This document shows, piece by piece, positions 53,401 to 64,000 of a stretch of 64,000 nt of DNA (within the stretch, counting starts at the first letter, position 1; every line of letters begins with the position of its first letter). The DNA is from Eledone cirrhosa (lineage: Eukaryota): NCBI GenBank assembly GCA_964016885.1, contig OZ024741.1, positions 210,924,001 to 210,988,000 on the forward strand, written 5' to 3'. The position numbers and the translations under genes are program-made. The notes under the pieces were generated by a model that worked only from the letters and a program-made list of their open reading frames with translations, was not told the DNA's origin and ran no database searches.

Positions 53401-56400
53401 CTCAGTCTCAGTCCACCTATCTCAGTCTCAGTCCACTGTCTCAGCCTCAGTCCACCTATCTCAGTCACAGTCCACCTATCTCAGTCTCAGTCCACTGTCT
53501 CAGCCACAGACCACTTATCTCAGTCTCAGTCCACCTATCTCAGTCTCAGTCCACCTATCTCAGCCTCAGTCCACCTATCTCAGCCACAGTCCACCTATCT
53601 CAGCCACAGTCCACTGTCTCATCCTCAGTCAACCTATCTCAGCCACAGTCCACAGTCTCAGCCTCAGTCCACCTATCTCAGCCACAGTCTCACTGTCTCA
53701 GCCTCAGTCCACTCTCTCAGCCACAGTCCACTTATGTCAGTCTCAGTCCACTGTCTCAGCCACAGTCCACTGTCTCAGCCTCAGTCCACTGTCTCAGCCA
53801 CAGTCCACAGTCTCAGCCTCAGTCCACCTATCTCAGTCTCAGTCCACCTATTTCAGTCTCAGTCCACCTATCTCAGCTTCAGTCCACCTCTCTCAGCCAC
53901 AGTCCACCTATCTCAGCCTCAGTCCACTGTCTCAGTCTCAGTCCACTCTCTCAGCCACAGTCCACTGTCTCAGCCACAGTCCACCTATCTCAGCCACAGT
54001 CCACTTATCTCAGTCTCAGTCCACTGTCTCATCCTCAGTCAACCTATCTCAGCCACAGTCCACTGTCTCAGCCTCAGTCCACTGTCTAAGCCACAGTCCA
54101 CAGTCTCAGCCTCAGTCCACCTATCTCAGTCTCAGTCCACCTATCTCAGTCTCAGTCCACCTATCTCAGCTTCAGTCCACCTATCTCAGCCACAGTCCAC
54201 CAATCTCAGCCTCAGTCCACTGTCTCAGTCTCAGTCCACTGTCTCAGCCACAGTCCACTGTCTCAGCCACAGACCACTTATCTCAGTCTCAGTCCACCTA
54301 TCTCAGTCTCAGTCCACCTATCTCAGCCTCAGTCCACCTATCTCAGCCACAGTCCACCTATCTCAGCCACAGTCCACTGTCTCTTCCTCAGTCAACCTAT
54401 CTCAGCCACAGTCCACAGTCTCAGCCTCAGTCCACCTATCTCAGCCACAGTCTCACTGTCTCAGCCTCAGTCCACTCTCTCAGCCACAGTCCACTTATGT
54501 CAGTCTCAGTCCACTGTCTCAGCCACAGTCCACTGTCTCAGCCTCAGTCCACTGTCTCAGCCACAGTCCACAGTCTCAGCCTCAGTCCACCTATCTCAGT
54601 CTCAGTCCACCTATCTCAGTCTCAGTCCACCTATCTCAGCTTCAGTCCACCTCTCTCAGCCACAGTCCACCTATCTCAGCCTCAGTCCACTGTCTCAGTC
54701 TAAGTCCACTCTCTCAGCCACAGTCCACTGTCTCAGCCACAGTCCACCTATCTCAGCCTCAGTCCACTGTCTCAGTCTCAGTCCACTGTCTCAGCCACAG
54801 TCCACCTATCTCAGCCACAGTCCACCTATCTCAGCCACAGACCACTTATCTCAGTCTCAGTCCACCTATCTCAGTCTCAGTCCACTGTCTCAGCCTCAGT
54901 CCACCTATCTCAGTCACAGTCCACCTATCTCAGTCTCAGTCCACTGTCTCAGCCACAGACTACCTATCTCAGTCTCAGTCCACCTATCTCAGCCTCAGTC
55001 CACCTATCTCAGCCACAGTCCACCTATCTCAGCCACAGTCCACTGTCTCATCCTCAGTCAACCTATCTCAGCCACAGTCCACAGTCTCAGCCTCAGTCCA
55101 CCTATCTCAGTCTCAGTCCACCTACCTCAGCCTCAGTCCACCTATCTCAGCCATAGTCCACCTATCTCAGCCACAGTCCACTGTCTCATCCTCAGTCAAC
55201 CTATCTCAGCCACAGTCCACAGTCTCAGCCTCAGTCCACTGTCTCAGTCTCAGTCCACTGTCTCAGCCACAGTCCACTGTCTCAGCCTCAGTACACCTAT
55301 CTCAGCCACAGTCCACTGTCTCAGCCTCAGTACACCTATCTCAGTCTCAGTCCACTGTCTCAGCCACAGTCCGCTGTCTCAGCCACAATCCACCTAACTC
55401 AGCCAGAGTCCACTGTCTCAGCCACAGTCCACTGTCTCAGCCTCAGTCCACTGTCTCAGCCTCAGTCCACCTATCTCAGCCACAGTCCACCTATCTCAGC
55501 CACAGTCCACTGTCTCAGCCTCAGTCCACCTATCTCAGCCACAGTCCACCTATCTCAGTCTCAGTCCACCTACCTCAGCCTCAGTCCACCTATCTCAGCC
55601 TCAGTCCACCTATCTCAGCCACAGTCCACCTATCTCAGCCACAGTGCACTGTCTCATCCTCAGTCAACCTATCTCAGCCACAGTCCACAGTCTCAGCCTC
55701 AGTCCACCTATCTCAGTCTCAGTCCACCTACCTCAGCCTCAGTCCACCTATCTCAGCCATAGTCCACCTATCTCAGCCACAGTCCACTGTCTCATCCTCA
55801 GTCAACCTATCTCAGCCTCAGTCCACTGTCTCAGTCTCAGTCCACTGTCTCAGCCACAGTCCACTGTCTCAGCCTCAGTACACCTATCTCAGCCACAGTC
55901 CACTGTCTCAGCCTCAGTACACCTATCTCAGTCTCAGTCCACTGTCTCAGCCACAGTCCACTGTCTCAGCCACAATCCACCTAACTCAGCCAGAGTCCAC
56001 TGTCTCAGCCACGGTCCACTGTCTCAGCCTCAGTCCACTGTGTCAGCCTCAGTCCACCTATCTCAGCCACAGTCCACCTATCTCAGCCACAGTCCACTGT
56101 CTCAGCCTCAGTCCACCTATCTCAGCCACAGTCCACCTATCTCAGTCTCAGTCCACCTACCTCAGCCTCAGTCCACCTATCTCAGCCACAGTCCACGTAT
56201 CTCAGCCACAGTCCACTATCTCAGCCACAGTCCACTGTCTCAGCCACAGTCCACCTATCTCAGCCACAGTCCACTGTCTCAGCCTCAGTCCACCTATCTC
56301 AGCCACAGTCCACCTATCTCAGCCACAGTCCACTGTCTCAGCCTCAGTCCACCTATCTCAGCCACAGTCCACCTATCTCAGCCACAGTCCACTGTCTCAG

Positions 56401-59400
56401 CCACAGTCCATTGTCTCAGCCTCAGTCCACTGTCTCAGCCTCAGTACACCTATCTCAGCCACAGTCCACTGTCTCAGCCTCAGTCCACCTATCTCAGCCA
56501 CAGTCCACCTATCTCAGCCACAGTCCACTGTCTCAGCCACAGTCCACTGTCTCAGCCTCAGTCCACTGTCTCAGCCTCAGTCCACCTATCTCAGCCACAG
56601 TCCACTGTCTCAGCCACAGTCCACTGTCTCAGCCTCAGTTCACTGTCTCAGCCACAGTCCACTGTCTCAGCTACAGTCCACTGTCTGAGCCACAGTCCAT
56701 TGTCTCAGCCTCAGTCCACTGTCTCAGCCTCAGTACACCTATCTCAGCCACAGTCCACTGTCTCAGCCTCAGTCCACCTATCTCAGCCACAGTCCACCTA
56801 TCTCAGCCACAGACCACTTATCTCAGTCTCAGTCCACCTATCTCAGTCTCAGTCCACTGTCTCAGCCTCAGTCCACCTATCTCAGTCACAGTCCACCTAT
56901 CTCAGTCTCAGTCCACTGTCTCAGCCACAGACCACTTATCTCAGTCTCAGTCCACCTATCTCAGTCTCAGTCCACCTATCTCAGCCTCAGTCCACCTATC
57001 TCAGCCACAGTCCACCTATCTCAGCCACAGTCCACTGTCTCATCCTCAGTCAACCTATCTCAGCCACAGTCCACAGTCTCAGCCTCAGTCCACCTATCTC
57101 AGCCACAGTCTCACTGTCTCAGCCTCAGTCCACTCTCTCAGCCACAGTCCACTTATGTCAGTCTCAGTCCACTGTCTCAGCCACAGTCCACTGTCTCAGC
57201 CTCAGTCCACTGTCTCAGCCACAGTCCACAGTCTCAGCCTCAGTCCACCTATCTCAGTCTCAGTCCACCTATTTCAGTCTCAGTCCACCTATCTCAGCTT
57301 CAGTCCACCTCTCTCAGCCACAGTCCACCTATCTCAGCCTCAGTCCACTGTCTCAGTCTCAGTCCACTCTCTCAGCCACAGTCCACTGTCTCAGCCACAG
57401 TCCACCTATCTCAGCCTCAGTCCACTGTCTCAGTCTCAGTCCACTGTCTCAGCCACAGTCCACCTATCTCAGCCACAGTCCACCTATCTCAGCCACAGAC
57501 CACTTATCTCAGTCTCAGTCCACCTATCTCAGTCTCAGTCCACTGTCTCAGCCTCAGTCCACCTATCTCAGTCACAGTCCACCTATCTCAGTCTCAGTCC
57601 ACTGTCTCAGCCACAGACCACTTATCTCAGTCTCAGTCCACCTATCTCAGCCTCAGTCCACCTATCTCAGCCACAGTCCACCTATCTCAGCCACAGTCCA
57701 CTGTCTCATCCTCAGTCAACCTATCTCAGCCACAGTCCACAGTCTCAGCCTCAGTCCACCTATCTCAGTCTCAGTCCACCTACCTCAGCCTCAGTCCACC
57801 TATCTCAGCCATAGTCCACCTATCTCAGCCACAGTCCACTGTCTCATCCTCAGTCAACCTATCTCAGCCACAGTCCACAGTCTCAGCCTCAGTCCACTGT
57901 CTCAGTCTCAGTCCACTGTCTCAGCCACAGTCCACTGTCTCAGCCTCAGTACACCTATCTCAGCCACACTCCACTGTCTCAGCCTCAGTACACCTATCTC
58001 AGTCTCAGTCCACTGTCTCAGCCACAGTCCACTGTCTCAGCCACAATCCACCTAACTCAGCCAGAGTCCACTGTCTCAGCCACAGTCCACTGTCTCAGCC
58101 TCAGTCCACTGTCTCAGCCTCAGTCCACCTATCTCAGCCACAGTCCACCTATCTCAGCCACAGTCCACTGTCTCAGCCTCAGTCCACCTATCTCAGCCAC
58201 AGTCCACCTATCTCAGTCTCAGTCCACCTACCTCAGGCTCAGTCCACCTATCTCAGCCTCAGTTCACCTATCTCAGCCACAGTCCACCTATCTCAGCCAC
58301 AGTGCACTGTCTCATCCTCAGTCAACCTATCTCAGCCACAGTCCACAGTCTCAGCCTCAGTCCACCTATCTCAGTCTCAGTCCACCTACCTCAGCCTCAG
58401 TCCACCTATCTCAGCCATAGTCCACCTATCTCAGCCACAGTCCACTGTCTCATCCTCAGTCAACCTATCTCAGCCTCAGTCCACTGTCTCAGTCTCAGTC
58501 CACTGTCTCAGCCACAGTCCACTGTCTCAGCCTCAGTACACCTATCTCAGCCACAGTCCACTGTCTCAGCCTCAGTACACCTATCTCAGCTTCAGTCCAC
58601 CTCTCTCAGCCACAGTCCACCTATCTCAGCCTCAGTCCACTGTCTCAGTCTCAGTCCACTCTCTCAGCCACAGTCCACTGTCTCAGCCACAGTCCACCTA
58701 TCTCAGCCTCAGTCCACTGTCTCAGTCTCAGTCCACTGTCTCAGCCACAGTCCACCTATCTCAGCCACAGTCCACCTATCTCAGCCACAGACCACTTATC
58801 TCAGTCTCAGTCCACCTATCTCAGTCTCAGTCCACTGTCTCAGCCTCAGTCCACCTATCTCAGTCACAGTCCACCTATCTCAGTCTCAGTCCACTGTCTC
58901 AGCCACAGACCACTTATCTCAGTCTCAGTCCACCTATCTCAGCCTCAGTCCACCTATCTCAGCCACAGTCCACCTATCTCAGCCACAGTCCACTGTCTCA
59001 TCCTCAGTTCACCTATCTCAGTCTCAGTCCACTGTCTCAGCCACAGTCCACTTATCTCAGCCAGAGTCCACTGTCTCAGCCACAGTCCACTGTCTCAGTC
59101 TCAGTCCACCTATCTCAGTCTCAGTCCACCTATCTCAGTCTCAGTCCACTGTCTCAGCCACAGTCCACTGTCTCAGCATCAGTCCACCTATCTCAGCCTC
59201 AGTCCACTGTCTCAGCCACAGTCCACTTATCTCAGCCTCAGTCCACTGTCTCAGTCTCAGTCCACCTACCTCAGCCACAGTCCACTGTCTCAGCCTCAGT
59301 CCACTGTCTCAGCCTCAGTCCACTGTCTCAGCCTCAGTCCACCGTCTCAGCCACAGTCCACTGTCTCAGCCTCAGTCCACCTATCTCAGCCTCAGTCCAC

Positions 59401-62400
59401 CTATCTCAGCCTCAGTCCACCGTCTCAGCCACAGTCCACTGTCTCAGCCTCAGTCCACCTATCTCAGTCTCAGTCCACTGTCTCAGCCACAGTCCACTGT
59501 CTCAGTCTCAGTCCACTGTCTCAGCCTCAGTCCACTGTCTCAGCCTCAGTCCACTGTCTCAGTCTCAGTCCACCTTTCTCAGTCTCAGTCCACCTATCTC
59601 AGCCACAGTCCACTGCCTCAACCACAGTCCACTGTCTCAGTCTCAGTCCACCTATCTCAGTCTCAGGCCACTGTCTCAGCCACAGTCCACTGTCTCAGCC
59701 TCAGTCCACTGTCTCAGCCTCAGTCCACCTATCTCAACCACAGTCCACTGTCTCAGCCACAGTCCACTGTCTCTGCCTCAGTCCACTGTCTCAGCCACAG
59801 TCCACTTATCTCAGTCTCAGTCCACTGTCTCAGCCACAGTCCACTGTCTCAGTCTCAGTCCACTGTCTCAACCACAGTCCACTGACTCAGCCACAGTCCA
59901 CTGTCTCAGCCTCAGTACACCTATCTCTGCCACAGTCCACTGTCTCAGCCTCAGTCCACTGTCTCAGCCTCAGTCCACTGTCTCAGCCTCAGTCCACTCT
60001 CTCAGCCACAGTGCACTTATCTCAGTCTCAGTCCACTGTCTCAGCCACAGTCCACTGTCTCAGCCTCAGTCCACCTATCTCAGCCACAGTCCACTTATCT
60101 CAGTCTCAGTCCACTGTCTCATCCTCAGTCAACCTATCTCAGCCACAGTCCACTGTCTCAGGCTCAGTCCACCTATCTCAGTCTCAGTCCACCTATATCA
60201 GCTTCAGTCCACCTATCTCAGCCGCAGTCCACCTATCTCAGCCTCAGTCCACTGTCTCAGTCTCAGTCCACTGTCTCAGCCACAGTCCACTGTCTCAGCC
60301 ACAGTCCACCTATCTCAGCCTCAGTCCACTGTCTCAGTCTCAGTCCACTGTCTCAGCCACAGTCCACCTATCTCAGCCACAGTCCACCTATCTCAGCCAC
60401 AGACCACTTATCTCAGTCTCAGTCCACCTATCTCAGTCTCAGTCCACTGTCTCAGCCTCAGTCCACCTATCTCAGTCACAGTCCACCTATCTCAGTCTCA
60501 GTCCACTGTCTCAGCCACAGACCACTTATCTCAGTCTCAGTCCACCTATCTCAGTCTCAGTCCACCTATCTCAGCCTCAGTCCACCTATCTCAGCCACAG
60601 TCCACCTATCTCAGCCACAGTCCACTGTCTCATCCTCAGTCAACCTATCTCAGCCACAGTCCACAGTCTCAGCCTCAGTCCACCTATCTCAGCCAGAGTC
60701 TCACTGTCTCAGCCTCAGTCCACTCTCTCAGCCACAGTCCACCTATCTCAGCCTCAGTCCACTGTCTCAGTCTCAGTCCACTGTCTCAGCCACAGTCCAC
60801 TGTCTCAGCCACAGTCCACCTATCTCAGCCTCAGTCCACTGTCTCAGTCTCAGTCCACTGTCTCAGCCACAGTCCACCTATCTCAGCCACAGTCCACCTA
60901 TCTCAGCCACAGACCACTTATCTCAGTCTCAGTCCACCTATCTCAGTCTCAGTCCACTGTCTCAGCCTCAGTCCACCTATCTCAGTCACAGTCCACCTAT
61001 CTCAGTCTCAGTCCACTGTCTCAGCCACAGACCACTTATCTCAGTCTCAGTCCACCTATCTCAGTCTCAGTCCACCTATCTCAGCCTCAGTCCACCTATC
61101 TCAGCCACAGTCCACCTATCTCAGCCACAGTCCACTGTCTCATCCTCAGTCAACCTATCTCAGCCACAGTCCACAGTCTCAGCCTCAGTCCACCTATCTC
61201 AGCCACAGTCTCACTGTCTCAGCCTCAGTCCACTCTCTCAGCCACAGTCCACTTATCTCAGTCTCAGTCCACTGTCTCAGCCACAGTCCACTGTCTCAGC
61301 CTCAGTCCACCTATCTCAGCCACAGTCCACTTATCTCAGTCTCAGTCCACTGTCTCATCCTCAGTCAACCTATCTCAGCCACAGTCCACTGTCTCAGCCT
61401 CAGTCCACTGTCTCAGCCACAGTCCACAGTCTCAGCCTCAGTCCGCCTATCTCAGTCTCAGTCCACCTATCTCAGTCTCAGTCCACCTATCTCAGCTTCA
61501 GTCCACCTATCTCAGCCACAGTCCACCTATCTCAGCCTCAGTCCACTGTCTCAGTCTCAGTCCACTGTCTCAGCCACAGTCCACTGTCTCAGCCACAGTC
61601 CACCTATCTCAGCCTCAGTCCACTGTCTCAGTCTCAGTCCACTGTCTCAGCCACAGTCCACCTATCTCAGCCACAGTCCACCTATCTCAGCCACAGACCA
61701 CTTATCTCAGTCTCAGTCCACCTATCTCAGTCTCAGTCCACTGTCTCAGCCTCAGTCCACCTATCTCAGTCACAGTCCACCTATCTCAGTCTCAGTCCAC
61801 TGTCTCAGCCACAGACCACTTATCTCAGTCTCAGTCCACCTATCTCAGCCTCAGTCCACCTATCTCAGCCACAGTCCACCTATCTCAGCCACAGTGCACT
61901 GTCTCATCCTCAGTCAACCTATCTCAGCCACAGACCACAGTCTCAGCCTCAGTCCACCTATCTCAGTCTCAGTCCACCTACCTCAGCCTCAGTCCACCTA
62001 TCTCAGCCATAGTCCACCTATCTCAGCCACAGTCCACTGTCTCATCCTCAGTCAACCTATCTCAGCCTCAGTCCACTGTCTCAGTCTCAGTCCACTGTCT
62101 CAGCCACAGTCCACTGTCTCAGCCTCAGTACACCTATCTCAGCCACAGTCCACTGTCTCAGCCTCAGTACACCTATCTCAGTCTCAGTCCACTGTCTCAG
62201 CCACAGTCCACTGTCTCAGCCACAATCCACCTAACTCAGCCAGAGTCCACTGTCTCAGCCACAGTCCACTGTCTCAGCCTCAGTCCACTGTGTCAGCCTC
62301 AGTCCACCTATCTCAGCCACAGTCCACCTATCTCAGCCACAGTCCACTGTCTCAGCCTCAGTCCACCTATCTCAGCCACAGTCCACCTATCTCAGTCTCA

Positions 62401-64000
62401 GTCCACCTACCTCAGCCTCAGTCCACCTATCTCAGCCACAGTCCACGTATCTCAGCCACAGTCCACTATCTCAGCCTCAGTCCACTGTCTCAGTCTCAGT
62501 CCACAGTCTCAGCCACAGTCCACTGTCTCAGCCACAGTCCACCTATCTCAGCCACAGTCCACTGTCTCAGCTTCAGTCCACCTATCTCAGCCACAGTCCA
62601 CCTATCTCAGCCACAGTCCACTGTCTCAGCCTCAGTCCACCTATCTCAGCCACAGTCCACCTATCTCAGCCACAGTCCACTGTCTCAGCCACAGTCCATT
62701 GTCTCAGCCTCAGTCCACTGTCTCAGCCTCAGTACACCTATCTCAGCCACAGTCCACTGTCTCAGCCTCAGTCCACCTATCTCAGCCACAGTCCACCTAT
62801 CTCAGCGACAGTCCACTGTCTCAGCCACAGTCCACTGTCTCAGCCTCAGTCCACTGTCTCAGCCTCAGTCCACCTATCTCAGCCACAGTCCACTGTCTCA
62901 GCCACAGTCCACTGTCTCAGCCTCAGTTCACTGTCTCAGCCACAGTCCACTGTCTCAGCTACAGTCCACTGTCTGAGCCACAGTCCATTGTCTCAGCCTC
63001 AGTCCACTGTCTCAGCCTCAGTACACCTATCTCAGCCACAGTCCACTGTCTCAGCCTCAGTCCACCTATCTCAGCCACAGTCCACCTATCTCAGCCAGAG
63101 TCCACTGTCTCAGCCACAGTCCATTGTCTCAGCCTCAGTCCACTGTCTCATCCTCAGTACACCTATCACAGCCACAGTCCACTGTCTCAGCCTCAGTCCA
63201 CCTATCTCAGCCACAGTCCACCTATCTCAGCCACAGTCCACTGTCTCAGCCACAGTCCATTGTCTCAGCCTCAGTCCACCGTCTCAGCCTCAGTACACCT
63301 ATCTCAGCCACAGTCCACTGTCTCAGCCACAATCCACCTATCTCAGCCAGAGTCCACCGTCTCAGCCACAGTCCACTGTCTCAGCCACAGTCCACTGTCT
63401 CAGTCTCATTCCACTGTCTCAGCCTCAGTCCACCTATCTCAGTCTCAGTCCACTGTCTCTGCCTCAGTCCACCTATCTCAGTCACAGTCCACTGTCTCAG
63501 CCACAGTCCACTGTCTCAGCCACAGTCCACCTATCTCAGCCACAGTCCACCTATCTCAGCCACAGTCCACTTATCTCAGTCTCAGTCCACTGTCTCAGCC
63601 ACAGTCCACTGTCTCAGCCTCAGTCCACTGTCTTAGCCTCAGTCCACCTATCTCAGTCTCAGTTCACTGTCTCAGCCACAGTCCACTGTCTCTATCTCGG
63701 TCCACCTATCTCAGCCACAGTCCACTGTCTCAGCCACAGTCCACTGTCTCAGCCACAGTCCACTGTCTCAGCTACAGTCCACTGTCTCAGCCACAGTCCA
63801 CTGTCTCAGCCTCAGTCCACTGTCTCAGCCACAGTCCACTTATCTCAGCCTCAGTCCACTGTCTCAGTCTCAGTCCACCTATCTCAGCCACAGTCCACTT
63901 ATCTCAGCCACAGTCCACTGTCTCAGCCTCAGTCCACTGTCTCAGCCACAGTCCACTGTCTCAGCCACAGTCCACTTATCTCAGTCTCAGTCCACTGTCT

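Larger units (their letters stand above)
1..64000. repeat. Tandem satellite array of interspersed 19-bp (TCTCAGCCACAGTCCACTG) and 20-bp (TCTCAGCCACAGTCCACCTA) monomers, running off both window ends
   Basis: Every line is built from these monomers head to tail in one orientation. The common variable slots are CCA/CCT/TCT and TG/CTA. Rare point variants are scattered throughout. No non-repeat interruption was seen. Confidence 0.99.
12161..64000. repeat. Right domain: richer in 20-mers and TCT variants, many diagnostic variants, mosaic of kb-scale duplications
   Basis: Private markers: CATCCTCAGTCAACC, GACCACTTA, GTACACC, GTCACAG, GTCCACAGTCTC, CACAATCCACCTAACTCAGCCAGAG and TCTCTATCTCGG. I did not see these left of about 12.2 kb. 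Confidence 0.9.
32660..64000. repeat. At least 13.5-kb near-identical duplication: about 32660-46124 vs 50460-64000 (offset 17800, then 17876)
   Basis: Paired ORF starts 34423/52223, 35190/52990, 37844/55644 and 38611/56411 (17800). 40426/58302, 44018/61894 and 45248/63124 (17876). Shared private variants: TCTTCC, GTCTAAGT, CACGGT, CACACT and CTCAGGCTC. Confidence 0.92.

Noticed and set aside
17156-61900. V(D)J RSS heptamer likeness (CACAGTC in consensus; perfect CACAGTG at e.g. 28367, CACTGTG at 17156)
   Set aside because: There is no ACAAAAACC-like nonamer or any A-tract, and no V, D or J segments. Perfect heptamers are single-base variants of the monomer.
3715-63636. Dozens of long + strand ORFs encoding Ser/Gln/Pro/His-rich mucin-like proteins
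   Set aside because: The monomer lacks TAA, TAG and TGA on the + strand, so all three frames are open and overlap with the same peptides. Starts are mostly GTG/TTG point variants. There are no domains, unique sequence or codon structure.
1-64000. CRISPR array or other repeat-spacer system
   Set aside because: There are no unique spacers (only 2-3 alleles at two small slots), no leader and no cas genes.
1-64000. Telomerase-synthesised long telomeric repeat (C-rich/G-rich asymmetry)
   Set aside because: It matches no telomere motif I know and has no G-runs longer than 2 in the consensus. Point variants are propagated in kb-scale blocks, which indicates DNA-level duplication rather than templated addition.
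1-64000. Similarity to Chi, the minisatellite core or Ig switch repeats (minus strand AGGTGG, GGCTGAG), and G-quadruplex potential
   Set aside because: Only 5-6-bp partial matches. No GCTGGTGG, GAGCT/GGGGT pentamer arrays or GGG tracts in the consensus.
1-64000. Nucleosome-length or fixed small higher-order period (9-10 monomers)
   Set aside because: I saw no consistent marker spacing at 170-200 bp. The observed small periods (99, 136, 138 bp) are local only.
1-64000. Assignment as centromere, or to a specific organism
   Set aside because: No CENP-B box or recognisable family sequence and no flanking unique DNA. This cannot be determined from the window.

Overview
The whole 64-kb window is one uninterrupted, single-orientation tandem array (about 3,300 monomers) of a 19/20-bp satellite/minisatellite: TCTCAG-[CCA|CCT|TCT]CAG-TCCAC[TG|CTA]. 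I see no unique sequence, genes, RNA genes, transposons or CRISPR spacers. All + strand ORFs in the track arise because the monomer has no stop triplet on that strand. The information lies in the order of variant monomers. It defines two domains with different diagnostic variants, joined near 12,160, and nested higher-order duplications with offsets of 138, 510, 587, 1061, 1299, 1911, 2762, 3040, 3421, 3480, 4080/4409, about 13,760 and 17,800/17,876 bp. It looks like eukaryotic heterochromatic satellite DNA from a long-read assembly, but I cannot name the organism or repeat family. I found no evidence for a novel protein-coding system. Offsets were measured by eye from rare marker variants, and block ends are approximate.
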